Shown: piece after piece, positions 47,351 to 60,115 of the stretch | Numbering within the stretch: position 1 is the first letter of the stretch | Layout: each line of letters begins with the position of its first letter | NCBI RefSeq assembly: GCF_009914755.1 | Contig: NC_060929.1 | Origin: the human T2T-CHM13v2.0 reference genome, Homo sapiens | DNA: 64,000 bases | Reading direction: 5' to 3' (one strand) | Notes under the pieces: model-generated | The model's input: the letters and a program-made list of their open reading frames with translations, nothing else | The model's database searches: none | What the model was told of the DNA's origin: nothing | Translations under genes and position numbers: made by a program

Positions 47351-48038
47351 CAGGTTAAACATCCTTAATTTGAAAATGTGAGCCAGGCATGTTGGCTCAC
47401 ACCTGTAATCCCAGCACTTTGGGAGGCGGAGGTGGGCAGATCACCCGAGGGTCAAGAGTTTGAGACCAGCCTGTCCAACATGGAGAAACCCTATCTCTAC
47501 TAAAAATACAAAATTAGCCGGGCATGGTGGAGCATGCCTGTAATCCCAGCTACTGGGGGGACTGAGTCAGGAAGCTGCTTGAACCCAGGAGGCAGATGTT
47601 GCGGTGAGCTGAGATTGTGCCATTGAACTCCAGTCTGGGCAACAAGAGTGAAACTGTCAAAAAAAAAAAAAAAAAAAAAAAAAGAAAAAAAAAAGAAAAA
47701 GAAAAAGAGAAAATCTGAAATCCACAATGCTTCAAAAATCGGAAAGTTTCGAGCACTGATATGGCACCACAAGTGGAAAATTCCACACCTGACAGGTCAC
47801 AATCAAAACACAAACGTATAACACACAGTTTATTCAGTATCCCCAAGGGAAAATTAAAATTACCTTCAGGCTACATGTATAAGTTGTATATGAAACACAA
47901 ATAAATTTTGTGTTTAGACTTGGGTCTCATCCTCAAAATAGCTCATTATATATGTGTAAATATCCCAAGCTTTAAAAAAAATTAAAAATTTAAAACATTT
48001 TTGGTTCCAAGCATTTTGGATAAAGGATGCACAACCTG
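47351..48038. mobile_element. Tigger4 (Zombi/MER46-like) MITE interrupted by Alu
   Basis: TA TSDs; TIRs caggttaaacatcc / ggatgcacaacctg. Confidence 0.85.
47381..47708 (+). mobile_element. AluSp with long A-rich tail
   Basis: catggagaaaccc, gttgcggtgagc and caacaagagtgaaact diagnostics; TSD gaaaatgtg/gaaaatctg. Confidence 0.93.
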
Positions 48039-48767
48039 TATCATATAGGATTTGTATTCCAGAAATGTTAAATTTTTGTCATTGAAGGTGTGGCAATAAA
48101 CAGAAACACGCAGATTAAATTCACTTTTAGTACATACCCAGAGTATACAGGGAAAAATATAATAGAATTATAGCTAAATTAGCAAAAATTTTGAAAACAA
48201 AATATGTTTGCAACATTAAAATATTATCCCAGAGAAAAAAATAATGACATTGATAGAACAACTTATGAGCTACAGAACATTCTCAGTTACATTTTCCAGA
48301 GGGAGAAACTGAGACTAGAAAATTTAAAAAATGAGTCAAAGTCACATAGCCAAGCATTATGTCAGAACTGCAACTTATTTCTATTTGAGTATAGAACTTA
48401 AGCTCTTTCATTACCACTATGAACTATTTAAAAAATAAACTTAAACTTTGTACTTATCTTGAAGAAGTTTGCTCTCAAGTTGAGATGGCATGAGTAATAT
48501 ATATGACTCAAAAAGTGAGAAAGCCAAGTCAGTATGAAAAGTAGTGCTAAATCATGTTTTAAATATCAGTGAGTGTTAACAGTCGTTGAAGAATTCTTTC
48601 TTTGGAATATAGAAATTGAATTTGATCTTAAAGGAATAAATAATTTGGATAGATTAGTATGCATGCTTGGGCAAATATCACTTGTAGTTATTTGGAACAG
48701 TGCAAATTAAAGGGTATATAGTGTCTCCTTAAAATGTAGTTGGAAGAAATTTCATTTCTACTAAAAA

Positions 48768-48800
48768 TGTGTGTGTGTGTGAGTGTGTGTGTATGTGTAT
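48768..48800. repeat. (TG)n microsatellite, imperfect
   Basis: tgtgtgtgtgtgtgagtgtgtgtgtatgtgtat. Confidence 0.8.
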
Positions 48801-49496
48801 GGAGGGGTGCAGATGTTTGTGTATATAAGCATGCATATCGGTAAACATACAAATGTTTGTGAGTATAATTTGTATACAAAATGAAATGAATTTAAAATAA
48901 ATCTCCAAATTTGGAGACCAACTACCATCAAATTTTATTGTTATTTGTGTCAGCGAAATATTTGTTAACATTTTAAATAAAATGTCAGCAGGAAGATCTG
49001 GTTTAATAGTAGCAACATAGCTCAGTATCAGCTGGTATCAGCAAAATCTGCTCATAGAGAGAAATAATAACATCTGGACAAAATGTAAAATTAAATAAAT
49101 GAAAAAAAACATTATCCTCAACTATTTGAAGAAAAACCATTAGAAAGTCACTCGAATAAAAGCACTGGAAGGAAAACCAAAACATAAAATTTTGTGTAAA
49201 TGCAACCCTTGAAAAAAAGGGAAGCACACTAAGAGAAATACATTCTTATAATGTTTTAACCTGATTGAAATGCCATGTCAATGAGGCCTAAGTTGGCTAG
49301 CAGTCAAGCAGAAAGATCCCACCCTATTAATTCAGGGTGTTAAATGACAGAGTTCTGGGCTGCCAGAGTCACTGGAAATTGAAGAAGGAAATCCTGAAAA
49401 GAAGGTAGCCACCCACAGGAGACAATTCTAAAACTTGCATACAAGTCGCTTTAAATCCTTCAGTGAACTCTGACCTGCACTTAAACACTATTTATT

Positions 49497-49605
49497 CATG
49501 GTTACGCTAAAAGCCCAGACTTCACCACTACAAAATATATTTATGTAACAAAATGGCACTTGTACCCCCCAAACCCATAAAAATAAAATAAAACTTTTAA
49601 AAAAG
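49497..49605 (+). mobile_element. L1PB-type 3' end fragment
   Basis: ctaaaagcccagacttcaccactacaaaatat...gcacttgtacccc...aaaaataaa. Confidence 0.8.
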
Positions 49606-49683
49606 GAGACAAAATATCCCATCAGAAAGTAATCATTGGAAGGCTAAAAGAGCTGAGCTGTGGGACAAAAAGCGTATGAAGCT

Positions 49684-50798
49684 TGACATGGTTTTGCTGG
49701 GCATCCACTGAAATCTCATCTTGAATTGTAGTTCCTATAATCCCCATGTGTCATGGGAGGAACCTAGTGGGTGGTAATCATCTAACATGGGAAAGTTTGG
49801 CAATTCCTAGAGACTTGTTGAATGGCTTTGACCAAACTGCTGATAATAATATGGACAATGAATTCCAGGCTGAGGTTGTTTAAGTGTTAAGCCTGCAGGT
49901 GAACAGAACTCAAGAGTTGAAGTGTGGGAGCCTTTCCCTAGATTTCAGAGGATGTACGAAAAAGCCTGGATGTCCAGGCAGAAGCCTGCTCAGGGGTGGA
50001 GCCCTCATGGAGAAACTCTCCTAGGGCAATGCAGAGTGCAAATGTGGGGTTGGAGCCCCCACGCAGAGTCTCCACTGCCAGTTCTTGAAAGCAGCCATGG
50101 GAACTGAACCCTACAAAGCCACAGAGGTGGGACTTCTCAAGACCTTGGGAGCCCACCTCTTGCCTCAGTGTGCCATCGATGTGAGAAATGGAGGCAAAGG
50201 AGATTAATTTGGAGCTTTAAGATTTGTAATGACTGCCTTGCATGGAGCCTGTAGTCTCTTTCTTTGGACCAATTCCTCCATTTTTCAATGTGAATATATA
50301 CCCAATGCATGCACCCCCACTTTATCTTGGAAGTAACTAACCTGTTTCTTATTTTACAGGCTCATAGGTGGAAGGGACTTGCCTTGTCTCAGATGAGACT
50401 TTGGACTTTGGACTTTTGAGTTAATGCTGGAATAAGTGAGGACATTGAGGGACTGTTGGGAAGGTATGATTGGATTTTGCAATGTGAGAAAGACATAAGG
50501 TTTGGGAGAGGCCAAAAGCAGAATGATATGCTATGCTATGCTATACTATATGATATGATATGATGGTATGATACAATATGATATGATATGAGATTATATA
50601 GATCTGTGTTCTTACCCAAATTTCATGTTGAATTGCAATCTCTAATATTCTAGGTGAGTCCTGGTGTGAAGTGATTGGATCATGAGGGCAAGTTTCCCAC
50701 TTGGTACTGCAGAACTGTGAGACAAATAAAACTCCTTTCTTTGTAAATTACCTAATCTCCAGTATTTCTTTATAGAACTGAGAGAATAAACTAATACA
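49684..50798 (+). mobile_element. Deleted MaLR element: THE1-type LTR start, THE1/MST internal region, MSTA-type 3' LTR
   Basis: aaatctcatcttgaattgtagttcc; internal gggaaagtttgg...tcctagagacttgttgaatgg and cagatgagactttggact; ends aaactaataca. Confidence 0.82.
50524..50592. repeat. (ATATG/CTATG)n pentanucleotide microsatellite
   Basis: tgatatgctatgctatgctatactatatgatatgatatgatggtatgatacaatatgatatgatatg. Confidence 0.85.
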
Positions 50799-50902
50799 TA
50801 AAGTAACAAATATGTAATCAAAAGTCAAAAGAAAAAGCAGTTAATATTAATTGAAATTTAGATGACATGAATGTTAGAATTAACAGACAAGAACTTTAAA
50901 TA

Positions 50903-51885
50903 TGTGGTAAGCAATATCCTAAAATAGCCCATCAAGATTCACTGTCCTAATTCTGGGGATTATAATATGAAGAGATATCACACCAATGATTATGGCATAT
51001 AACATTGCAAAAGAAATTTAGCACATATAATTAAGGTCTATAGTTGTGGAGGTTAATTTTATGTATCAAATTGGAAGGTGTATCTGGATGATGGTAACAT
51101 TTAAGTTAATTAAATTTGAGTAAGTAGATTGCCCACCATAATGTGAGTGGGCCTGATTGAGCCAACAGTAGGCCTGAATAAAACAAAAAACAGGCCTCCC
51201 CAAGCAAGGAGAAATTCTCCAGCATACTGTCTTCAGACTTTATCTGTACCATCAGCTTTCCTGTGTCCCCACCCCATTGGCCTTCAGACTGTAAATGCAC
51301 CATAGGTTCTCCTAGGTCTCCAGTCTGTCTGGCCTTCAGATTGGCAATGCCTCATCAGCTCTACTGGGTCTGAAGCCTGCTGGCCCATATTGCAGATTTG
51401 GACTCACCAGCCTCCATAATCATGTGAGCCAATTCCTTATAACATATCTCTTCATATGCTTGTATATCCTATTGATTCTCATTTTTGTGATAACCTTGGT
51501 TAATATACTAATCAATTGATTTTGCTTTAAACAAATGAGAGTTTAGCCAAGTGGACCTAATCTAAGCAAATTAGCCCTTTAGAAGTAGATAGTCTTCCTG
51601 GATGGTAGCAGAGTGATTTGAAGCACAAGAAAGATTTTACATACCAGTTCTGGTTTTCAAGATAGAGGGGCTACATGTAAAAGGCTAGAAAGGAATATCC
51701 ATGATCTCAGAAGGATGTCTAGAAGTTGAAAATACCACAGTCTAAGAGACAGGAAAACAATGGGTACATCTGTCCTACAACTGGAAATAAATTAATTCTG
51801 CTAAAACCAAAAATGAACTTAGAAGGAATTTATTTCCCATGGCACATGGACAAGAGTCCGTGCACTGGCACCTTAATTTTAGCAG
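50903..51885 (+). mobile_element. MLT1E/F-like LTR split by MLT2 and cut by L1
   Basis: tgtggtaagcaatatcctaaaatagccc...taattaaggtc; resumes ctaatcaattgatttt; caggaaaacaatggg...aattctgct. Confidence 0.6.
51045..51508 (+). mobile_element. MLT2 (ERVL) solo LTR
   Basis: ggttaattttatgtatcaa...gattgcccaccataatgtgagtgggcc...cagcctccataatcatgtgagccaattcctt. Confidence 0.82.
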
Positions 51886-53509
51886 GAGTAAGTTCATATT
51901 TTCAATAATAACATTGAGTGTAAATGAACTAAATGCTTCAATCAAAAGACATAGATTAGCTGTGTGAACAGAAAAAAACAAGGCCCAACCATCTGTGGCC
52001 TATAAGAAACACAATTCACCTATAAAGACACACATAGACTAAAAATAAAGAGATGGAAAAATATATTCCATACAAATGGAAACCATAAAATAGCAGGAAT
52101 AGCTATATTTATATTAGACAAAATAAATTTTAAGACAAAACTGTAAGACACAAAGAAGGTTATTATTAATCAATAATAACAGAATAAATTCATTAAGAGG
52201 TTAAATCAATAGTAAATGTATATGCATCTAACACTGGAGCACAAAGATATTTAAAGCAAATATTATTAGAGCTAAAGAGATAGATAGACCCCAATATGGT
52301 AAGACCTGGAGACTTCAACATTTAATTTTCAGCATTGGACAGATCATCAGACAGGAAATCAACAAAAGAACATTGGACTTAATCTGCATTATAGACCAAA
52401 TGGACCTAATGAGTATTTACAGAAAATTTCATTCAATGGCTGCAGGATGTGTATTCTGCAAAATTAGAAATGAAAAAGGAGACATTACAAATGATACCAC
52501 AGAAATTCAAAGGATCACGAGAGGCTATTCTGAACAACCATATGCCAATAAATTGGAAAATCTAGAGGAAATGGAAAAATTCCTAGACGTGTACAACATA
52601 CCAAGACTGAATCATAAAGAAATCCAAAACCTGAGCAAAGACAAGAAACTAGTTTGAAGTTGTAATAAGAAGTTTCTCAGTAAAGAAGAGCCCCTAACCT
52701 GATGGTTTAACTGCTGAGTTCTACCAAACATTAAAGAAGAAATATTATCAAAGATATTTAAGCTATTCAGAAAAATAGAGGAGGAGGGAATTCTTCCAAA
52801 TTCATTCAATGAGGCCAACATTACCCTGATGCCAAAACCAGACAAAGACATATCAAAAATAGAAAACAGTGGGCCAATATTTCTGATTAATATTGATGTA
52901 AAAATCCTCAATGAAATACCAGAAAATGAAATTGAATAATGCATTAGAAAGATTAGCCACCATGACCAAGTAAGATTTATCTCTGGGGTGCAAGGATGGC
53001 TCAATATATGCAAATCAATCAATGTGCTACATTACATTAACAGAATGAAGGACAAAAAGGCCATATGATAATTTCAATTAATGCTGAAAAATCATTTAAT
53101 AAAATTCAATATTGTTCATGGCTAAAAAAAAAAAAAAAAAACTCAAAAAGCTGGTAATGGAAGAAACATACCACAACATAATAAAAGCCACATACAACAG
53201 ACCCACAGCTAGTATCATACTGAATGGGGAAAAACTGAAAGCCTTTTCTCCAAGATCTGAAACAAAGCAAGCATGCCTACTTTAACCACTGTTGTTTCAC
53301 ATATTACTGGAAATCCTAGCTAGAGCAACTAGACAATAGAAAGAAATAAATGGCCTCCAAATTGGAAAGGAAGTCAAATTATCTGTGTTTGCAGATCATA
53401 TGATTTTATCGGTGGAAAACCCTAAAGACTCCACCAGAAACTACTAGAACTAATAAATTTACTAACGTTGAAGGATACAAAATCAACATACCAAAATCAA
53501 TAACACTTT

Positions 53510-55110
53510 CATCAAAGGATGCTTGGGTTGTCACTTCACCAGCCAGAACCTCTGTGGGCAATATTGCCCCTGCTCGAGATTTGCTTGGGCGTGCTGGGCT
53601 CATTCCGCTTACTCAGTCTGCCAGGCTGCACTCAACTTGCACTACCAGCCTGGATCCCATGCCTGTTAAAGGGGAGCAAGATGCAGAGTGGTGAGGGGTG
53701 TCTGAGCAAGCGAGCATGGGGTCTAGTCACTGTGTACATTCAGGCATGCCAGCTGCAGTGGGGTGGGTAATTTCAGGTGCTGGCACAGGCTCCAGCTCCT
53801 TGTGAGGCTGTGGTGGATCAGGCATACCACAATCAGCTTCCACAGCTGGCTCTGGGGAATGCATTTCTGACTGGAAGCTTGGAGATGCCAGGAACTGCAG
53901 CTCCTCAAAGAAGGTATTACAGCCCTGGCTCAGGGAGCTCCTAGGTCTGGGCTCCCCAAAGTGCTGCAGCTTTTCTGTCCTCCTTTCTTCTATCCCTCTC
54001 ATTGCCCACAAACTGGTGAGTAAGGGGCGTGTTTCAACCCTGTTCGTGTTACAGCTCTTTCAGCCCCACCCTCAGTGGGTCCCAAGTTCTTGATCTGTGT
54101 CCAGGAAAAAATGAGGTATGCAGATAAGTGGAGGGTGAGCCATACAAAGAGGTGTTTTATTGAACTTCAGAACAGCTCAGAGGAGAACCACAGTGGGTAG
54201 CTCTTCTCTGCAGGCAGGTCATCCTGACAAGTGTCTAGCTCTCAGCAGAGAGGAGGCTCACAGTGGGTAACTCCTCTCCACAGGGAGGGCATCCCAATAA
54301 GTGCTCAGCCTTCAGCAGAGAGGAGACCCACAGTGGGTAGCTGGGTGGTTCCTCTCTGCAGGCCAGTTGTCCCATCATCTGCTCAGCTCTCAGCAGAGAG
54401 GAAACCCATAGTGGGTAGCTTGTCTCTGCAGGCAGATCATCCCATCATCTGCCCAAGTCTGGCTGAGTCTGGGGTTTTTATGGGCCTCAGAGGGGAAAAA
54501 GTGTGTCCATGGGTGGTGGGCCCTGAAAAAGCACCATAAATTCTTACTCTGGTTCACAGAACTGGCAGCCTGGCCCACAGGCCTCAGGCAGTCTCTGGCC
54601 TGAAAGTGGGGTTTCACCTGGGACCTGCCTTTTTTCACCCAGGAGCCTGTCTGCCTTGCCTCCTGTTACCATTAACTTGCTGTCCACGGTGTCCACGGGG
54701 TCTAAAGTCCAGAGGGGGCCTAGGAGGCAGAGGGCTGTCATGTCAGTGCTGCCCTGAGCAGATGCACACACGGCCAGGTTGTGACACTGACCTGGGCTTG
54801 GCCACAACTTTGCTCCAAAATTAGAGTGGATGCCAGGAGCAGAAAAAGCCCAGGCAGTGGGAGCAGGCACTTCCGAGCTTGTAGGGGTAAGGGGGTTTCC
54901 CAGGCTCCAGAGAGTGCAGAGATGCCTGGGTCCATAGCCATGGCTGGGGGCCTACAGCTGCAACAGGGAGGGTGGGGCTCCCACCCCTCCAACTTGGAAG
55001 GGGGTGGGGCTTCTGCCTATTGCCCGCCAGCAGACAGCCCTGGCCACTCCTCCCCTGCTGCAGCCAGCATCTTTGCAGCAGCTGCTCCAGATGGACCTCC
55101 ACTGCCATCA
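53510..55110 (-). mobile_element. MER52-type long ERV1 solo LTR
   Basis: Minus strand begins tgatggcagtggaggtccatctggagcagc; GC-rich; internal ~70-bp repeats at 54175-54450; 4-bp TSD CTTT at 53506 and 55111. Confidence 0.82.
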
Positions 55111-55346
55111 CTTTTACATGTCAACAGTGAACAATCTGAAAAAGAAATCAATCAAGTAATCCTATTTTTAATAGCCACAAATAAAATTATGTATCAAGAA
55201 ATTAATGTAAACAAAGAAGTGAAAGATCCCTACAATAAAAACTATAAAACATTAATGAAGGAGATTGAAGAGGATACATAAAAATGAGAAGATATTCCAT
55301 GTTTATAAATTGATAGAATAAATATTGTTAAAATGTCCATACTACC

Positions 55347-55710
55347 TGTATTAGTCTGTTCTTGCAATGCTATAAAGAAATACTTGAAACTGGGTAATTT
55401 ATAGTTAAAAGAGATTTAATTGGCTCATGGTTACAAAGGCTATACAGGAAGCATGACTGGGGAAGCCTTAGGAAACTTTCAATCATGGCATAAGGGAAAG
55501 CAGGTACATCTTAAATTATTAGAGAAGGAGAGAAAAGGGGGAAGTGCTACACAATTTTAAGCAACCAAATCTCATGATAACTCACTATCACAAGAACAAC
55601 AAGGAGGAAATCTGCCTCCATGATCCAATCACCACCCACTAGGTCCCTCCTACGTTGGAGGTTACAATTTGACATGAGGTTGGGTGGAAACGCAAACCCA
55701 AACCATATCA
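55347..55710 (-). mobile_element. MSTA solo LTR
   Basis: tgtattagtc...caaaccatatca; 5-bp TSD CTACC at 55342 and 55711. Confidence 0.9.
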
Positions 55711-57509
55711 CTACCCAAAGTAATTGAAATATTCAATGGAATTCCTTGCAAAACACCAAAGACACTCTTCACAAAAGTAGAAAAAAAGTTTCTAAAATTC
55801 ATATGGAACCACAAAAGACCCAAAATAGCCAAAGCTATCCTGAGCAAAGATAAAAAAAAAAAAAAAACTGGAGGAATCATATTACCTTTCTTCAAATTAT
55901 CCTACTGACCTATAGTAACCAAAACAGCATGGTACTGGAATAAAAACAGGTACACAGAACAATAGAACAGGATTGAGAACCCACAAACAAATCTATACCT
56001 CTACAGTAAAGTCATTTTTAACAATGGTGCCAAGAACACACATTAGGGAAAAAACAGTTACTTCAATAAGTGGTGCTGGGAAAGCTAAATAGCAACATGC
56101 TGAAGAATGAAACTAGACCTCTATCTCTCATCTTATACAAAAATCAAATCAAAATAGATTAAAGACTTAAAACTAAGATCTCAAACTATGAAACTACTAC
56201 AAGGAAATCTTGGCTTAACTCTCCAGGAAGCAGATTGGGCAAAAATTTATTTAGTAAAACCCCACAAGCACAGGCAACAAAAGCAAGCATACATAAATGG
56301 GATCTCAAGTTAAAAAGCTTCTGCACAACCGAGAAAACAATCAACAAAGTGAAGAGACAATGCACAGAATGAGAGAACACATTTGCAAACTACTCATCTG
56401 ACAAGGAATTAATAACCAGAATATATAAGGAGCTCAAACATCTCTTTAGGAAAATTTCAATGATCTGATCAAAAAGTGGGCAAGGAATCTGAGTAGACAT
56501 TTCTCAAAAGAAGACATACAGGTTGCAAACTGGCATATGAAGAGGTGCTCAGCATCACCGATCATCAGAGAAATGGAAATCAAAGCTACAGTGAGATATT
56601 ATCTCACTCCAATTAAAATAGCTTTTATCCAAAAGTCAGGCAATAATAAATGCTGGTGAGGATGTGGAGAAAAGGGAACCCTCATACACTGTTAGTGGGA
56701 ATGTAAATTAGGATGACCACTAGGAAAACCAGTCTGGTGGTTCCTCAAAAAAACTAAAAATAGAGCTACCATATGATCCAGTAACCCTATTGCTGGGTAT
56801 GTACCAAGAAGAAAGGAAATCAGTATATTGAGGAGATATCTGCACTGTCATTTTTGTTGCTGTTCTGTTCATTGTAGTCAAGATTTGGAAGCAACCTAAG
56901 AGTCCATAAAGAGATGAATGGAAGAAAATGTGGTATTTATACACAATGGAGTACTATTGAGCCATAAAAAAGAATTAGATTCAGTGATTTGCAACAACAC
57001 GTGTGGAACCGGAGCTCCTTTTGTTAGGTAAAATAAGCCAGGCGTAGAAAGAAAAACGTTGCATGTTTTTACTTACTTGTGGGATCTAAAAGTCAAAACA
57101 ATTAAACTCAGAGAGATAGATAGCAGAATAATGGTTACCAGAGGCTGGAAGTATAGTGGGGGATTGGGTGGGAGGCGAAGATTTTTAATGGGTACAAAAA
57201 AATAGAAAGAATGAATAAGACCTAATATTTGATATCAAAACAGGGTGACTGTAGTCAAGTATAATTTAATTATACATTTTAAAGTAGCTCAAAGGATATA
57301 ATTGTGTTGTTAGTAACACAAAGGATAAATGCTTTAGGGGATGAATAGCCCATTATTCACGCTGTGATTGTCATGCATTGCATGCCTGTAACAAAATATC
57401 TCATATACTCCGTAAATATATATACCTATCATGTATCTGCAAAAATTAAACATAAATAATTAAATAAAAGACAAACGGACATACGGCACAATCATAAAGA
57501 AATTAGATG

Positions 57510-57655
57510 GGCCAGGAGCAGTGGCTCATGCGTGTAATCCTAACCCTTTGGGAGGCTGAGGTAGGAGGATCACTTGAGGTCAGGATTTGGAGGCTGTGAT
57601 TGCACCACTGCATTCCAGACTGCAGCAGAGTGAGACTTCATCTATATTGAAAAAG
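57510..57655 (+). mobile_element. Alu monomer (FRAM/FAM-like or collapsed AluJ)
   Basis: ggccaggagcagtggctcatg...ggatcacttgaggtcagg joined directly to gattgcaccactgcattccag...gtgagac. Confidence 0.8.
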
Positions 57656-58799
57656 TGTGGGTTCAAGAAAACAGGGAAAAAAGCACCAAGAACAGAGTCA
57701 ATTCTGATTCAGAAAGAATTGCTGAAAGAATAATACATTTCCATGCAGAAAAAATATAAAGCTTGGAGTAAAGAGATGGGCTTTCAGACTTCAACCTGCT
57801 ACTAACTAACTAACCTTGGAAAAATCAGTTCTTCTCTCTGGACCTTCCTAACACGAAGAACTTGGCCTGGATGATTGTTATAATTTTTATATTTTGTTTA
57901 TTAGCTATTTTATATAATAAAGTAATAAATAATATACTCTAAAATACCTTTATGTGTATATTTTTTAGGTTGGCCTTACTTCCCTTTAATTATGTAACAG
58001 CAGTACTTGAATTGTGAAGTTTTCTTTCCTAAAAAAATATAGATCCTATAGTTTACATTTAGAAATTTAAGGTATAAAGCTATAATGAGTAAGATGCTCT
58101 GAGTTTCCCATTCACAAGATTAGTGGTTGTGTATTCCAGGGAAAGAGATGTCAAGGTATATACAATCAGAGAAAGAAGAATTAAAAATGAAGTATAGAAC
58201 TGAGGGCGGTGAAAGGGCAGAAGGTTTGGAATTACAAACACAATTTGTAGGTTGCAGTGCAATCTTCGTATTAGTAATAGCTTACCCACGTGATACGGTT
58301 ATGTCCCTCTGGCAAAGAACTCCTTATGGAGGGCAGATGGCATGTTATTTTCTGGGTGTCAGGACCTAAGAATGTCTGTTTTACTCAGTTTATTTTATAT
58401 AAACATTTCTTCTTCTGTTGAAATATTACACTATATGCTGCAGAAAGCAGAAAGAATGATGACGCAGCATAAAAATTTGAAACAGTAATAAGAAGCCATG
58501 GCAGCAGGTGCACTTGGCTAAAGAGTGAAGAAGGCACAGTGTGGCACAGACAGCAGGAGACTAGATGAAATGCACAGACATTTTACAGGGATAAAAAGTT
58601 GGTAACAAATAAATTTGAGAAGGGATCACAACAATATGACTGTGGATTGGGTGCTGAGAACAGAAGTAGTATCTACATGGAATAGAAAGCTAAGTGCTCA
58701 GAAAGAAAAGAAAAGCAAAAGATAGAAGAGATACAGTTAGCATGTCACTATAATTAAGCAGTCAGAGATATTACCATAACTACCTGTAGAGTAATGAAG

Positions 58800-58980
58800 A
58801 GATCTATGAATTATGATCCACAGGGCAAATCTGGCTGATGGTCTAAATGACTAAAAATCCAAACAGAGTCAGAAAAACAATCAAAATCCAAATAAGAATA
58901 TGTCACAGGAGCTATACATTGCTGCAAAGTCTTAAATATTTACTATCTGGCCTTTAACTGCAAAAGTCAGTCTCCCACTA
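58800..58980. mobile_element. MER58-like hAT relic
   Basis: ccacagggcaaatctggc ... aaatatttactatctggccttt. Confidence 0.5.
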
Positions 58981-59039
58981 GAGTAGTCAGTTAGCAAATA
59001 TATAATTAATCAACTCATTTCTTTGACTCATTTTCTTTG

Positions 59040-59700
59040 ACTCATTAATGAATACATTTAACACTTTCCTGTTGACAGACATAGCTTGCTGTGTGCTGGA
59101 GCAATGCTGATAAAGTAACCACCTAAAACACTGTACTCCTCAGTACAGTGAATCAGGAGTAGAATTCAAGGTCTACTCAGATTCCTTGCCCATTTTTAAA
59201 TCAGATCATTAGAAATTTCCTGAAGAGATGTTTGAGCTCCTTATATATTCTAGTTATTAATTCCTTGTCAGATGAGTAGTTTGCAAATATTTTCTCTCAT
59301 TCTGTTGGTTGTCTCTTCACTTTGTTGATTGTTTTCTTGGTTGTGTACTCCTGTTGGTAAAGGAATAGAAAATCAACAAATCTTTAGAAAGTAATTACAA
59401 TAATGACAAGCTCTGAAAAGAAGCATATATGTTTTCTAACAGGGAGCAATGTGTAAATGGATTTTCCCTAACCTGGGAAAGTATTGACGGCTTTCATGAG
59501 GAAGTGGTCAAGCAACTGAGGGCTGCCAGATAAATATGAGCTAGTCAGGGTGAAGAGGAAGGAGGGATAGTCTAGAGAGATGGAATAACACATGTGAAAG
59601 CTTTCAGGAATAAAACAGCTTTGATATATTTGAAGAAAGTAATAAGGCCAAAGTGTTTGAAATACAGAGAATGAGGCAGCACCCTGTGGGCTATGAGTGG
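59040..59700 (-). mobile_element. L2 fragment containing an inserted L1 piece
   Basis: ggctttcatgaggaagtg...gagatggaataacacatgtgaaagc...aataaggcca. Confidence 0.5.
59171..59345 (-). repeat. 175-bp inverted copy of L1 sequence at 56324-56498
   Basis: Reverse complement is about 93% identical by hand to 56324-56498; no poly(A) tail. Confidence 0.85.
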
Positions 59701-60008
59701 TTGATAATATTTTTTGTCTACCTAGCTCATGGGTGGATCTAACCTAATCCAGACTTTTAGTCTTTAGCCCAAAGATAAACAGGAGACAAGAGACCCAGGT
59801 TAGCAGCCCAGTGGTTGGCTTAGAGAGGTGCACACTTAAATTATGTTGAGACCATCTTATTTCCTTGGGACATTTACCAGAATGATGTATCAGGAAACAT
59901 ACTTTTTCTTCCTCTGGAAATTCAAGCTATAATAGCATGTATGTTTGGAAATGCCAGTTGGCATCTCAAATTCATATTCAGGTGTCACCCTGAGAACAAT
60001 GCCTATAC

Positions 60009-60115
60009 AAAGAGAGGAAGAGGAAGGGGAAGCGGAAGAAGGAGAAGGAGAAGAAAAAGGAGAAGGATGAGGAGGAAGAGGAGGAGGAGAAGGAGGAAGA
60101 AGAGAGAGAGAGAAA
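60009..60115. repeat. Polypurine (GGA/GAA/GA)n tract
   Basis: About 105 nt with only two pyrimidines. Confidence 0.9.

Larger units (their letters stand above)
51887..57470 (+). mobile_element. L1MA-type LINE (ORF2 to 3' end), internally deleted, split by MER52 and MSTA
   Basis: ORF2 homology ([31 protein letters not shown]); deletion junction near 52458; L1MA2/3-like 3' UTR and A-rich end. Confidence 0.9.

Noticed and set aside
54175-54450. Regularly spaced ~70-bp repeats (cagagaggagacccacagtgggtagct) that superficially resemble CRISPR
   Set aside because: The whole unit is repeated with no unique spacers; it lies inside a MER52-type LTR in primate DNA; no cas genes.
54231-55281. Cluster of GC-rich ORFs
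   Set aside because: All lie within the GC-rich MER52 LTR or run into L1 sequence; stop-poor composition explains them.
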